This document shows positions 1 through 9,695 of a DNA stretch of 35,795 nt, one piece after another (within the stretch, counting starts at the first letter, position 1; each line of letters begins with the position of its first letter). The notes under the pieces were generated by a model. The model saw only the letters and a list, made by a program, of their open reading frames with translations. It made no database searches and had not been told where the DNA came from. The translations under genes were made by a program, and so were the position numbers. The stretch lies in sequence record DRR378314_441. The stretch is one strand, 5' to 3'.

Positions 1-30
1 TAGCTGATAGCTGATAGCTGATAGCTGATA
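1..30. repeat. Heptamer tandem repeat (TAGCTGA)x4+, probably truncated by the window edge
   Basis: Sequence reads tagctga tagctga tagctga tagctga ta from base 1. Confidence 0.9.
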
Positions 31-89
31 TCTATTCCCGCTTTTTTTAGCTACAATATGCGCCGAACATTTTTTAGGTATTAAATCAC

Positions 90-779
90 GTGACTAACCG
101 CTCTTCTAATTCAGTACTTGCCTTACGAGCACAGCAAATTAGTGAATCTCGACGTGAGTTCAATGCTCGCGGCGGTAAAATGGACCGCTGTGAACAATGC
201 TTAATTGCAAAACATTACTGTATTTGTGACGGAACAAAGCAAGCACAATGCGATGCCGCAGTATGTATGCTGATGTACCATAATGAGAGCTTTAAACCTT
301 CTAATACAGGGCGTTTAATAGCTGAAATAGTGCCTGACAACTACGCCTTTCGTTGGGACAGAACAGAACCTGATGAAAAGTTATTAACGTTATTGAACGA
401 TCCACAATATCAGCCTATAGTGATTTTCCCTGCCTCTGATGTTGAAAATACCTCTCGCGTAATTACACAAGTGCAAGCGCAGCCAAATAAACGTCCTTTG
501 TTTATCTTTTTAGATGGCACGTGGCGTGAAGCAAAAAAAATGATCCGTAAAAGTCCTTACCTTGATGACTTGCCAGTGCTATCAATCAGCGCTGAAAAAC
601 TCTCTGATTACCGCTTGCGTGTTGCACCGCATGATCACCAGTTAGGAACAGCTGAAGTGGCAATAATGGTGTTGGCATTAGCTGGTGAGAATGACGCGGC
701 GACTAAGCTTGAAAAACACTTTATGAAGTTCCGTGACGCGTATTTATTAGGTAAAAGAAATAAGGGGCGGCCGCAGTAA
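90..779 (+). CDS. tapT: DTW-domain tRNA-uridine aminocarboxypropyltransferase (YfiP/TapT family)
   Basis: N-terminal CxxC...CxC (RCEQC...YCIC), KPSNTGRL, DTW motif FLDGTWREAKKM, L.TAEVA motif; GTG start; TACAAT -10-like at 52-57. Confidence 0.85.
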   Translation: MTNRSSNSVLALRAQQISESRREFNARGGKMDRCEQCLIAKHYCICDGTKQAQCDAAVCMLMYHNESFKPSNTGRLIAEIVPDNYAFRWDRTEPDEKLLTLLNDPQYQPIVIFPASDVENTSRVITQVQAQPNKRPLFIFLDGTWREAKKMIRKSPYLDDLPVLSISAEKLSDYRLRVAPHDHQLGTAEVAIMVLALAGENDAATKLEKHFMKFRDAYLLGKRNKGRPQ

Positions 780-831
780 AACTTGTATCGATAATGATAA
801 AAGGTAGGCTTTTTGAGTAGTGAATTTTAGA

Positions 832-866
832 CAAAAGAAAAGCGCGTACTATCTCTAGTCGCGCTT
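832..866 (-). terminator. Rho-independent terminator of the CsrB-like sRNA
   Basis: Minus strand: AAGCGCGACTAG-AGA-TAGTACGCGCTT followed by TTCTTTT. Confidence 0.8.
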
Positions 867-1318
867 GCGGAATCTTCTAATTTTCTGCATCCTGCAATTG
901 AACTTAATCAACTCCTAAACTTTACTAATCCATGTTATTGCGCTGTTACTTATTCGTTCTGCACAATTTAGGCTATCCGGGCCTATATCCAATTGTATCC
1001 ATACTCCATTTTGGTAATCTCTATTACCCGTCCTTTACGCATCGTCCTGACGCTATCCTTTAACTAAACAGTTCCCTTGCGTTGCCTTTAAGGCCTGTCC
1101 ATGTTTCCGCTTTTTTTACATCCTGTATAACAACTCTCCTTAGAGCCCTGTTGTTAGTCCATTTCGCATCATCATGATGCTGTCCTTTTATACCAATCCC
1201 TTGTGTTACTCTTCCTGAGTCTGTCCGTGTATCCTAGTTCTCCAACTAAATCTTTAGTAACGATCGTTGAGTAATCATTCCTTGTTGCAAACTCACCAAA
1301 GCTGCCTGCTTAACCGAT
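832..1318 (-). ncRNA. csrB: CsrB/CsrC-family (Rsm) CsrA-sequestering small RNA
   Basis: ~23 GGA motifs by manual count (TCC on + strand) in 890-1281, many in short hairpin loops (UGCAGGAUGCA, CGUCAGGACG, UACAGGAUGUA, ACUCAGGAAGAGU, CUCUAAGGAGAG); no ORF; 3' terminator; upstream -10, IHF and UvrY box. The 5' end is approximate. Confidence 0.9.
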
Positions 1319-1324
1319 GAAGTA

Positions 1325-1330
1325 AGTATA
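1325..1330 (-). promoter_or_regulatory. sigma70 -10 element (TATACT) of the CsrB-like sRNA
   Basis: agtata on + equals TATACT on -; no clear -35, consistent with activator dependence. Confidence 0.6.
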
Positions 1331-1411
1331 GAGAGTTTATGCAAACAAAATAGGCGAAAAACAACATTAAAAACCTTGTTGCTTGTATTGAAATTTATTT
1401 TAATTAATATT

Positions 1412-1424
1412 AATCAGTTGTTTA
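1412..1424 (+). promoter_or_regulatory. Putative IHF site
   Basis: AATCAGTTGTTTA fits WATCARNNNNTTR and is preceded by an AT tract (1391-1411); lies between the UvrY box and the csrB promoter. Confidence 0.6.
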
Positions 1425-1476
1425 GGTTTTTTTTAAGTCGTAATTCGTCATCTTTATACTCAATAGCTGTCAACAA

Positions 1477-1494
1477 CGTAAGAGATATCTCACA
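1477..1494 (-). promoter_or_regulatory. UvrY/GacA/VarA binding box
   Basis: Minus strand TGTGAGATATCTCTTACG, an 18-bp imperfect palindrome matching the GacA-type TGTAAG-N6-CTTACA pattern, ~160-176 bp upstream of the predicted sRNA start. Confidence 0.75.
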
Positions 1495-1561
1495 ACCAAC
1501 TTCTGTATATGCCCTCAAGCTAGATTTTAGGTGCACTTTAAGTGGGGAAAAGGTATTATTG

Positions 1562-1580
1562 ATTGATAATAATTACTATT
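1562..1580 (+). promoter_or_regulatory. Fur box
   Basis: ATTGATAATAATTACTATT, 15/18 to AATGATAATNATTATCATT, immediately upstream of an iron ABC operon. Confidence 0.75.
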
Positions 1581-1596
1581 TGTGCGAGCGCGATTT

Positions 1597-2601
1597 ATGA
1601 AAAAAACATTAGCAGTTTTGATTGGACTTACAGTAGCAGCCCCCGCTTTGGCTGATGATGCTGTAAACATTTATTCTTTTCGTCAGCCATTTTTGATCCA
1701 ACCTATTCTGGATGATTTTACTAAGCAGACGGGCATTGAAACCAATGTCGTTTTCGCTAAAAAAGGGCTTATTGAACGAGTTAAGCGCGAAGGTAAACAC
1801 AGTCGAGCAGATCTAGTTTTAACGTCCAATTTTAGTGACTTAGTTCAGTTAGATGAACTTAATTTAACACAAACAATTAACAGTGAAACGGTTAATGAAA
1901 ATGTGCCTGCAAAGTTTCGTGATAATGAAGGCCAGTGGATTGCATTAACAAAGCGGGTGCGAAATGTTTATTCTTCTAAAGATCGAGTGGGGCAGTTGGC
2001 TGATTTAAGTTATGAAGATTTAGCCTTACCACAATATAAAGGAAAGCTGTGTACTCGTTCAGGTAAGCATCCATACAACTTAGGCCTTGTTGCTTCTATG
2101 ATCGCGCATCATGGCGAAGCGCAAACAAAGCAATGGCTTGAAGGTGTTAAAGCGAATTTAGCCCGCAAGCCCCAAGGTAATGATCGTGCACAAGTGAAAG
2201 CTGTAAAAGAAGGATTGTGTGACTTAGCTTTGGGCAATAGTTATTACTTTGGCAAGATGATTCAAGATCCAGCTCAAAAAACATGGGCTGATGCTGTAAA
2301 TATAAACTTCCCAAATCAAGGTAATCGCGGCTCACATATTAATGTATCTGGTGTGGTAATGACCAAATACGCTAAAAATCCAGAAAATGCCTTGAAACTC
2401 ATTGAGTTTATGACCGACAATAAGGCGCAAAATATGTATGCCTCGGTCAATATGGAATATCCAGTTAAACCAGGTGTGGAATTATCAAGTTTAGTGGCAT
2501 CTTGGGGTAACTTTAAGGAAGACAGTTTACCGCTGGATGAAATTAGCAAATATCGTCCGTTAGCGCTTAAGTTGATTGATGAGGTGAAGTTCGACCTTTA
2601 A
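1597..2601 (+). CDS. fbpA: Fe(3+) ABC transporter periplasmic binding protein (FbpA/FutA family)
   Basis: Signal peptide MKKTLAVLIG...ALA; NIYSFRQ, PQGNDRAQ, GNSYY di-tyrosine ligand motif, NMEYP; ATG at 1597 preferred to GTG at 1582. Confidence 0.9.
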   Translation: MKKTLAVLIGLTVAAPALADDAVNIYSFRQPFLIQPILDDFTKQTGIETNVVFAKKGLIERVKREGKHSRADLVLTSNFSDLVQLDELNLTQTINSETVNENVPAKFRDNEGQWIALTKRVRNVYSSKDRVGQLADLSYEDLALPQYKGKLCTRSGKHPYNLGLVASMIAHHGEAQTKQWLEGVKANLARKPQGNDRAQVKAVKEGLCDLALGNSYYFGKMIQDPAQKTWADAVNINFPNQGNRGSHINVSGVVMTKYAKNPENALKLIEFMTDNKAQNMYASVNMEYPVKPGVELSSLVASWGNFKEDSLPLDEISKYRPLALKLIDEVKFDL

Positions 2602-4232
2602 TGAGTTTAAAATTTTCACTGTCTCGATGGCAGTTATTTGCGTGGGTTATCGGTATAGTTCTGGTAACTCCGCTATGCTTTCTTTTATTTGAATCGCTGC
2701 AAGGCGATTCAGATGTTTTTAGCCACCTTTGGGATACCGTGTTGTGGGATTACGTACGCAATACTTTATTGCTGATCCTGGGTGTCTGTATTGTTAGTAG
2801 CGCAATCGCATTACCGCTTGGTTGGATCACCGCTTATTGTGATTTTCCCGGTAGAAAACAATTTGAGTGGGCGTTAATGCTGCCCCTTGCTATGCCAACC
2901 TATATAATTGCCTATGTATATACCGATTTATTTGATTATGCAGGGCCGATTCAAGTCTCGCTTCGAGATTGGTTTGGTTGGCAATCCCCGAATGATTATT
3001 GGTTCTTTGATATCCGAACGTTGCCCGGCGCGATTATTATGATTGCACTTGTGCTATACCCATATCTCTATTTAATTTTTAAAACCGCGTTGCGTGAGCA
3101 ATCATTTAAGTTAGTACAAGCTAGCCAAATTATGGGGTTGTCACCGTTAAAAAGCTTTTACCGTGTCAGTATGCCGTTAGCACGAGGTGCTATCGTTGCA
3201 GGACTGGCGTTAATTAGTATGGAAACAATGGCTGACTTTGCCACTGTTAATTACTTTGCGGTGAGTACACTTACAACGGCTGTGTACGATACATGGCTTG
3301 GCTATTACTCCTTAACAGCGGCTGCTAAAATATCCGGTATTATGTTATTAATGCTATTTTTAGCGTTAATGTTAGAGCGCTTCAGTCGCCGTGAGCAAGC
3401 TGTTTATGAACGCCAATCAGGTGTTAATAGTGAAACACTGTATAGTCTAAAAGGGTTTTACGCTTGGCTAGCGACACTGTTTTGTTGTGCCGTGTTATTT
3501 TTTGCCTTTATATTACCTGTAGCTGTGCTGCTCAATTATGCTTTTGCGTATGCTGATCAAGCATGGAATGATGCGTTTTTCTTATATGCTTGGCAAAGTT
3601 TTAAAGTGGCTGCAATAGTGTGTGTTATCACTATTGTATTAAGTTTGCTGGTTGTGTTTTATCAACGCATTGCTAAACATCAATATCCACTGCTCCCAGG
3701 CCGCTTAGCCAGTACGGGCTACGCTTTACCCGGCACAGTTTTAGCCATTGCAGTGCTATTACCTTTAACACTGCTTGATGATCGTCTTAATGCTTTGCTG
3801 GAGCCATTGGGGGTTTCCCCTGGTTTACTACTAAGCGGTACTTTATTTGCGATAACCTTTGCATATGTTGTACGATTTTATGCCATAGCACATGGGGCTG
3901 TCGAAGCGAGTTTTATGCGTATTAGTCCTTCGTTAGATATGGCGAGCCAATCAATGGGAAAAAGCCAAGGACAAACGTTAAGAAAGGTGCACATTCCTCT
4001 GCTGCGCCGTGGTATTCTAACCGCTGGTTTGCTGGTATTTATCGAGTGTATGAAAGAGCTCCCAGCAGCATTGTTACTCCGGCCTTTTAATTTTGAAACC
4101 CTCGCAACGCATGTGTTTCAATATGTCAGTGACGAGCAGTTAGAGCTTGCATCAATTTCAGCGCTTTCGATTGTTTTAGTGGGGCTTATCCCGCTGTATT
4201 TTGTTAATCGCTCAATGGAGCAACATAGTTAG
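2601..4232 (+). CDS. fbpB: Fe(3+) ABC transporter permease
   Basis: 543-aa polytopic protein with two EAA-like loops; PLAMPTY, ETMADFA, MKELPA motifs; TAATG coupling with fbpA. Confidence 0.9.
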   Translation: MSLKFSLSRWQLFAWVIGIVLVTPLCFLLFESLQGDSDVFSHLWDTVLWDYVRNTLLLILGVCIVSSAIALPLGWITAYCDFPGRKQFEWALMLPLAMPTYIIAYVYTDLFDYAGPIQVSLRDWFGWQSPNDYWFFDIRTLPGAIIMIALVLYPYLYLIFKTALREQSFKLVQASQIMGLSPLKSFYRVSMPLARGAIVAGLALISMETMADFATVNYFAVSTLTTAVYDTWLGYYSLTAAAKISGIMLLMLFLALMLERFSRREQAVYERQSGVNSETLYSLKGFYAWLATLFCCAVLFFAFILPVAVLLNYAFAYADQAWNDAFFLYAWQSFKVAAIVCVITIVLSLLVVFYQRIAKHQYPLLPGRLASTGYALPGTVLAIAVLLPLTLLDDRLNALLEPLGVSPGLLLSGTLFAITFAYVVRFYAIAHGAVEASFMRISPSLDMASQSMGKSQGQTLRKVHIPLLRRGILTAGLLVFIECMKELPAALLLRPFNFETLATHVFQYVSDEQLELASISALSIVLVGLIPLYFVNRSMEQHS

Positions 4233-5276
4233 ATGAGTAGTTTAGTTTTAGAAAATTTATCGTACCAATATAACGGTACTTCAGTGATTGAACACTTAAA
4301 CTTAACTGTTGCAAAGGATGAGATTGTTTGCCTGCTTGGTGCTAGTGGCTGTGGTAAAACGACCACACTAAAAGCGATTGCAGGTATTATTGAAGCGAAG
4401 CAGGGAAAAGTATTTATTGACTCAAAGTTAGTGTCGGATGAGCAATCATTTTTAGCACCAGAGCATCGCAATATTGGCATGATGTTTCAAGATTATGCGT
4501 TATTTCCGCATTTAACCGTTGCTGATAATATCGCATTTGGCTTAACGAACATGAGCAAAATGCAAAAAAAAGAACGTGTAACTGAAATGCTAGAACTAGT
4601 TCATTTAGTTGGGTGTGCAACACGTTTTCCTCACCAACTATCTGGTGGGCAGCAGCAGCGCGTAGCCATTGCTAGGGCACTCGCTTACAAGCCTAGTTTA
4701 CTGTTACTCGATGAGCCATTTTCCAATATCGATACGCAGGTACGCTTTGAGTTAATCGCAGATATTCGCCGCATTATAAAAAATCAGCAAGTCTCTGCAG
4801 TATTTGTAACTCATTCAAAAGAAGAGGCGTTTGCATTTTCAGATAGCTTGGCCATCATGCATGAAGGTAAAATTGCGCAACAGGGCCCGCCAGAGCAGCT
4901 TTTTAGTATGCCAAACTCAAAGGTAGTTGCGGAGTTTCTTGGTCAGGGCATATACTTAGATGCGAAAGCAATTTCAGCTACAGAGTATTCAACCTGTTAT
5001 GGGCAGGTTAAATCCTTGCAAGCACATAACCATAAATCGGATGAAGGGCAACTATATATTCGCCCACATCATTTAGTTTTATCTGCTGTTTCACAATCTG
5101 ATAGCCATTCAGTGACCATACTAAGTCAGCGCTTCATTGGCTCTTCAAATGTATTTAAGGTGGCATTATGTGGTCAAGAGATAGAAGTTGCTGCCGAGCT
5201 AAGCCAGCCATTTAATGTAAATGAGCAGGTAACAATAAAAATAAAACCACACACGGTAAATTTTTTCGCTGATTAG
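4233..5276 (+). CDS. fbpC: Fe(3+) ABC transporter ATP-binding subunit
   Basis: Walker A GASGCGKT, FQDYALFPHL, LSGGQQQR, Walker B LLLLDE. Confidence 0.9.
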   Translation: MSSLVLENLSYQYNGTSVIEHLNLTVAKDEIVCLLGASGCGKTTTLKAIAGIIEAKQGKVFIDSKLVSDEQSFLAPEHRNIGMMFQDYALFPHLTVADNIAFGLTNMSKMQKKERVTEMLELVHLVGCATRFPHQLSGGQQQRVAIARALAYKPSLLLLDEPFSNIDTQVRFELIADIRRIIKNQQVSAVFVTHSKEEAFAFSDSLAIMHEGKIAQQGPPEQLFSMPNSKVVAEFLGQGIYLDAKAISATEYSTCYGQVKSLQAHNHKSDEGQLYIRPHHLVLSAVSQSDSHSVTILSQRFIGSSNVFKVALCGQEIEVAAELSQPFNVNEQVTIKIKPHTVNFFAD

Positions 5277-5322
5277 TTATTAAAGTGTAATGCTGTGTAC
5301 AACCGAGAGTTAAGGAACCACC

Positions 5323-6222
5323 ATGGCGCAAGCGCAATCAGGGATTTGTGCTGAAGCAAACTTACACGGTTTGCATTTATTTTTTAATGTATTTGATGGT
5401 CATGACGAGTCACTACGTAAAAAGCTAAAGCGTGTTAGCATTATTCAAGATGAGTTTTCAGATCAGTTTTCAGAGTCAATGCTCTCAAGCTTTGTAGCTG
5501 TAGGCGCGCAATACTGGCCCCACATACTCCCTGAGTTTATTCCTAGTCAATTACAAAGCTTCCCTAATATTACTCACAATGATCATGTTATGGCAGCGCA
5601 GCCATTTGATCTGTTTGTTCAGATCCGCTCAGACAGAGAGGATGTAAATCACTTATTTGCGTTACAGATTCTAAAGTTATTTTCACCCGATGTTGAGTTA
5701 GTTGAGCAAGTTCGTAATTTTAGATTTTTAGATGGCCGTGATTTTAATGGTTTTATACTCGGTGGTGACACACCCCATGGAAGGCAAAAGCGGGCCACTG
5801 CACTAGTTGATAAAACAAATCACTTTGAAGATCAAGGAAGCTACATACATGTTCAACGATATAAGCATGATTTAACTGTTTGGCAGCATTTATCATTACA
5901 TGAACAAGAGCAAATAATGGGCCGGACCCGCCTCGATAATACGCCATTGAACCCAGAGGTTCAAACTAGCCATGCTGTACGAACAGAGCTCAAAGATGAA
6001 CAAGGACATCCATTATTGCTTAATCAAAGTATGCCATATGGGGATGTTTACGAGCAGGGAGTGTTAGCAATACACTGTGCTGCAAATGGAAGTGTATTTG
6101 AAAAAGTGCTGCAAAGTCGTTTGGGGCAAGGGGAATGTTATGACCACTGGCTTGATTTTACCCAAGCGGACATGGGATCCGCATTTTTTGCCCCATCGAT
6201 TAATTTTTTAAAGCAGTTATAA
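5323..6222 (+). CDS. DyP-type peroxidase family protein (YfeX-like) with degenerate distal catalytic residues
   Basis: 299 aa; AQSGI.AE N-terminus, D.RD..GF, GSYIHVQRY.HDL, QEQIMGRT, TSH, QSMPYG, FFAPS. Confidence 0.8.
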   Translation: MAQAQSGICAEANLHGLHLFFNVFDGHDESLRKKLKRVSIIQDEFSDQFSESMLSSFVAVGAQYWPHILPEFIPSQLQSFPNITHNDHVMAAQPFDLFVQIRSDREDVNHLFALQILKLFSPDVELVEQVRNFRFLDGRDFNGFILGGDTPHGRQKRATALVDKTNHFEDQGSYIHVQRYKHDLTVWQHLSLHEQEQIMGRTRLDNTPLNPEVQTSHAVRTELKDEQGHPLLLNQSMPYGDVYEQGVLAIHCAANGSVFEKVLQSRLGQGECYDHWLDFTQADMGSAFFAPSINFLKQL

Positions 6223-6244
6223 CTTAACCTAAAGTTTGGGTTAG

Positions 6245-6712
6245 TTATACAGTATCAAATAAGATTCGCACGCGTTCCAATGTTACGTCAATTTCAGATA
6301 TTTTGGCTGGTGCTATAAAGATGGTGTCGTCACCTGCAATCGTTCCTAACACGCCATCAGCTTTACCTAATGAGTCTAATAAGCGGGCAATTAATTGCGC
6401 AGCACCTGGGCTTGTACGGATGATAATCATCATTTCATTATGCATGATATCAATGACTAATTGACGAAGTGGACTTTTTGCTGTCGGCACGCCCATCTCA
6501 GCTGGTAAGCAATAAACCATCTCTTGTTTAGCGTTACGAGTTCGTACGGCGCCAAATTTACTTAACATGCGTGACACTTTACTTTGGCTTATGTTATCAA
6601 AACCTTGGTCTTTTAATGCGTCAACAATTTCACCTTGGGACCCAAAATTTTCTTCTTTTAAAAGTGATTTAAAAGCTTTAACTAGCGCTTCTTGTTTATC
6701 TTGTGGTTGCAT
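6245..6712 (-). CDS. argR: Arginine repressor
   Basis: [37 protein letters not shown]; start MQPQDKQ at 6712 preferred. Confidence 0.95.
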   Translation of the reverse strand: MQPQDKQEALVKAFKSLLKEENFGSQGEIVDALKDQGFDNISQSKVSRMLSKFGAVRTRNAKQEMVYCLPAEMGVPTAKSPLRQLVIDIMHNEMMIIIRTSPGAAQLIARLLDSLGKADGVLGTIAGDDTIFIAPAKISEIDVTLERVRILFDTV

Positions 6713-6756
6713 GTTGTTGTCTGCTTTGTTATTTGATGCTCTAAATTCTACACAAA

Positions 6757-6774
6757 AATGCATACTTATGCAGT
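6757..6774. promoter_or_regulatory. ARG box (argR autoregulation)
   Basis: AATGCATACTTATGCAGT resembles WNTGMATWWWWATKCANW, 45 bp upstream of argR. Confidence 0.65.
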
Positions 6775-6962
6775 AGTTGTTTTTATTACTGAATAAAAGG
6801 CATAAATAGCTGCTTGAGATTGATTTATTATCCCTTGCTCAAGTTATTTACAACTATGGTCGAAATTATATGCAAAATAAGCAGGATAAATTTGTCTTTA
6901 GGCGTTAATTTCTTTATCTTAGTGCCACAAATATTTTCTACCTTAAATTACGGAGAATTCCA

Positions 6963-7898
6963 ATGAAAGTTGCTGTATTAGGTGCTGCAGGCGGTATCGG
7001 TCAAGCGTTGTCTTTATTACTAAAAACAGGTTTACCAGCAGGTTCTGAGTTATCACTTTATGATGTTGCCCCAGTTGTTCCTGGTGTTGCTGTTGACCTT
7101 TCTCACATCCCAACTGATGTTAAAGTAGCGGGTTTTGGTGCTGATGCGCTAGACCAAGCATTAACTGGTTGTGACATTGTACTTATTCCAGCTGGTATGC
7201 CACGTAAGCCAGGTATGGACCGTGCTGATTTATTCAACGTAAATGCTGGTATCATTAAAACATTAGCCGAAGGCATTGTTGCTAACTGCCCTAAAGCATT
7301 AGTAGGCATTATCACTAACCCAGTAAATGGTACAGTGCCAATTGTTGCTGAAGTATTCAAAAAAGCGGGTACTTACGATGCTAACCGTGTTTTCGGTATT
7401 ACAACACTTGACGTAATTCGTTCAGAAGCATTCATTGCTGAGCTTAAAGGTGTTGATGTTGCTTCAGTTAAAGTACCTGTGATTGGTGGTCACTCAGGCA
7501 CAACAATCCTTCCATTACTTTCTCAAGTTGAAGGTGTTACTTTCACTGATGAAGAAGTTGCGGCACTAACTCCACGTATCCAAAATGCGGGTACTGAAGT
7601 AGTAAATGCTAAAGCGGGTGGTGGTTCAGCTACATTATCAATGGGTGCAGCAGCAGCACGTTTTTGTATGTCTTTAGTTAAAGGCCTACAAGGTGAAGAC
7701 GTGGTAGATTATGCATACGTAGCTGTTGAAGATGGTGATGCAGAATACTTTGCTCACCCAGTACGTTTAGGTAAAAACGGCGTAGAAGAAATCCTTTCTT
7801 ACGGTGAGCTAAGTGCGTTTGAGCAACAAGCTAAAAACGACATGTTAGACACACTGAAAAAAGACATTCAAGAAGGTGTTGATTTCATCAACGCATAA
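6963..7898 (+). CDS. mdh: Malate dehydrogenase
   Basis: [36 protein letters not shown]; divergent from argR. Confidence 0.98.
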   Translation: MKVAVLGAAGGIGQALSLLLKTGLPAGSELSLYDVAPVVPGVAVDLSHIPTDVKVAGFGADALDQALTGCDIVLIPAGMPRKPGMDRADLFNVNAGIIKTLAEGIVANCPKALVGIITNPVNGTVPIVAEVFKKAGTYDANRVFGITTLDVIRSEAFIAELKGVDVASVKVPVIGGHSGTTILPLLSQVEGVTFTDEEVAALTPRIQNAGTEVVNAKAGGGSATLSMGAAAARFCMSLVKGLQGEDVVDYAYVAVEDGDAEYFAHPVRLGKNGVEEILSYGELSAFEQQAKNDMLDTLKKDIQEGVDFINA

Positions 7899-7905
7899 TC
7901 TTGCC

Positions 7906-7962
7906 ATTATCGCCAAGCAGTTGGCGATAATAAAAAAAAGCCTGCAATTGTAGGCTTTTTTT
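7906..7962. terminator. Tandem hairpins; the second is a bidirectional terminator between mdh and ispB
   Basis: ATTATCGCCAA-GCAG-TTGGCGATAAT, then A8-GCCTGCAATTGTAGGC-T7. Confidence 0.85.
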
Positions 7963-7986
7963 ATGCTCGAAATCAAATCGTTAATT

Positions 7987-8958
7987 TTAGTGACTACGAT
8001 CAACAGCAATACGGGCTAGGCTAACTAAGGCTTCTTTATAAGGCGAATCAGCTAACACAGATAAACAAGCAATGGCTTTATCTGCTTCTTCGTCTGCTTT
8101 ATTCATTGTAAACTCAAGTGCATTTGTTTCACGCAGAGCGCATAAAATTGCTTCTAAGTGATCCATTCCGTTGCTGTGCTCTATAGCGTTGCGGATTAAC
8201 TGAACCTGCTCAGCATTACCCTGTTGCATTGCATAAATTAAAGGCAGGGTAGGTTTACCTTCTGCGAGATCATCCCCAATATTTTTGCCTAACTGTTCAG
8301 CATCGGCATTGTAATCAAGTACATCATCTACTAATTGAAATGCGGTGCCTAAATGCATGCCATAAAGGTTGAGTGCTTTTAGCGTGGCTTCGTCTTGTTC
8401 AGTAATAACTGCTGCAAGTCCGGTCGCTGCTTCAAATAGCTTCGCTGTTTTTGAGTAGATAACCTGCATATAGCTGTCTTCAGTCGTGTCAGGGTCATTG
8501 CAGTTCATTAACTGTAGGACTTCGCCTTCAGCAATGACATTTGTTGCATCAGCAAGTATTTGCATTACTTGCATTTTGCCAATACCAACCATGAGTTGAA
8601 AAGAACGAGTGTAGATAAAGTCACCAACAAGAACACTTGCAGCATTACCAAATTCAGCATTTGCTGTTGGTGTACCACGGCGTAAGTTAGATTCATCAAC
8701 AACGTCATCATGAAGCAAGGTTGCAGTATGAATAAACTCCACAATCGTTGCCAGCGTAATATGATCACACCCTTTATAGCCAAGTGCTTTAGCGGCTAAA
8801 ATAGCCAACATAGGGCGAACTCGCTTGCCACCGCTATTAACTATATATAAGCCAAGTTGATTGACTAATGCCACATCAGAGCGCATTTGTGCGTGAATAA
8901 GTTGATTGACGTCATTCATATCGTTTTCGATTAACGCCTGGATAGCTTTTATATCCAT
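7987..8958 (-). CDS. ispB: Octaprenyl diphosphate synthase
   Basis: GGKRVRP, LLHDDVVD, FQLVDDVLD, GDDLAEGKPTLP; start MDIKAIQ. Confidence 0.95.
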   Translation of the reverse strand: MDIKAIQALIENDMNDVNQLIHAQMRSDVALVNQLGLYIVNSGGKRVRPMLAILAAKALGYKGCDHITLATIVEFIHTATLLHDDVVDESNLRRGTPTANAEFGNAASVLVGDFIYTRSFQLMVGIGKMQVMQILADATNVIAEGEVLQLMNCNDPDTTEDSYMQVIYSKTAKLFEAATGLAAVITEQDEATLKALNLYGMHLGTAFQLVDDVLDYNADAEQLGKNIGDDLAEGKPTLPLIYAMQQGNAEQVQLIRNAIEHSNGMDHLEAILCALRETNALEFTMNKADEEADKAIACLSVLADSPYKEALVSLARIAVDRSH

Positions 8959-9276
8959 TGATCTCCGAGCCAATTTTAATGGGTATACGGTGCCGATTGT
9001 ACAACAAAAAACGCGCTTGCTCGATATTTTGTGACAATTCGCTGAAAAAATAGGTTTAAAATACTAAATTTAGCCTTTATTACACAAGATAACTTAAAAG
9101 TGGTGATAATTTGCGTGGTTGTTTTTTGCTCATAAGGTGATATTTAGTTGCTGTAATTTATTTGTCATCATGTACAAAAAAGCACTTGGCATAATGCTAA
9201 TTTAATATAAAATAGGTGAAAATATTGAATTGCTCTCAAAGCAGCTATTTTTTATTCATTTAATTAAAAAACGGGC

Positions 9277-9305
9277 TTGCTAGTTTTTGCACATTAGCGT
9301 AAACT
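9277..9305 (+). promoter_or_regulatory. sigma70 promoter of rplU-rpmA
   Basis: TTGCTA-17 bp-TAAACT followed by GC-rich discriminator TCGCGCCC. Confidence 0.65.
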
Positions 9306-9367
9306 TCGCGCCCTATTGAAGAATATTTTAGTTGCGTCGATTTGAGGGCGCACAGACGGAGTTAATT

Positions 9368-9679
9368 ATGTACGCGGTTTTCCAAAGTGGTGGTAAACAG
9401 CACCGTGTGACTGAAGGTCAAACAATTCGTCTTGAGAAATTAGACGTTGAGACTGGTGCAGCAGTTGAATTTGATTCAGTACTTTTAGTTGCTGATGGTG
9501 AGAAAATCGAGATCGGTGTACCGTTCGTAAACGGTGGTAAAGTAACAGCTGAGGTTGTTTCACATGGTCGCGGTGAGAAAATTAAGGTTGTTAAATTTAG
9601 ACGCCGTAAGCATTCTCGTAAGCAAATGGGCCATCGTCAATGGTTCACAGAAGTTAAAATCACTGGCATTAGCGCTTAA
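9368..9679 (+). CDS. rplU: 50S ribosomal protein L21
   Basis: [14 protein letters not shown]...[20 protein letters not shown]. Confidence 0.98.
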   Translation: MYAVFQSGGKQHRVTEGQTIRLEKLDVETGAAVEFDSVLLVADGEKIEIGVPFVNGGKVTAEVVSHGRGEKIKVVKFRRRKHSRKQMGHRQWFTEVKITGISA

Positions 9680-9695
9680 TTAGAGGTACTTAGAA

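Noticed and set aside
880-1290. Repetitive TCC-rich region considered as a CRISPR array
   Set aside because: No identical 23-47-bp direct repeats with spacers and no cas genes; the short GGA loops fit CsrB
1376-1600. 74-aa ORF upstream of fbpA
   Set aside because: TTG start without SD; runs across the IHF, UvrY and Fur sites; composition typical of AT-rich non-coding DNA
6713-6763. N-terminal extension of ArgR in the ORF track
   Set aside because: Overlaps the ARG box; the ATG at 6712 gives the usual ~155-aa length
9332-9367. TTG-initiated extension of RplU (similarly folA 11303, ispB 8973, antitoxin 26147)
   Set aside because: Downstream starts have SD sequences and match the family N-termini
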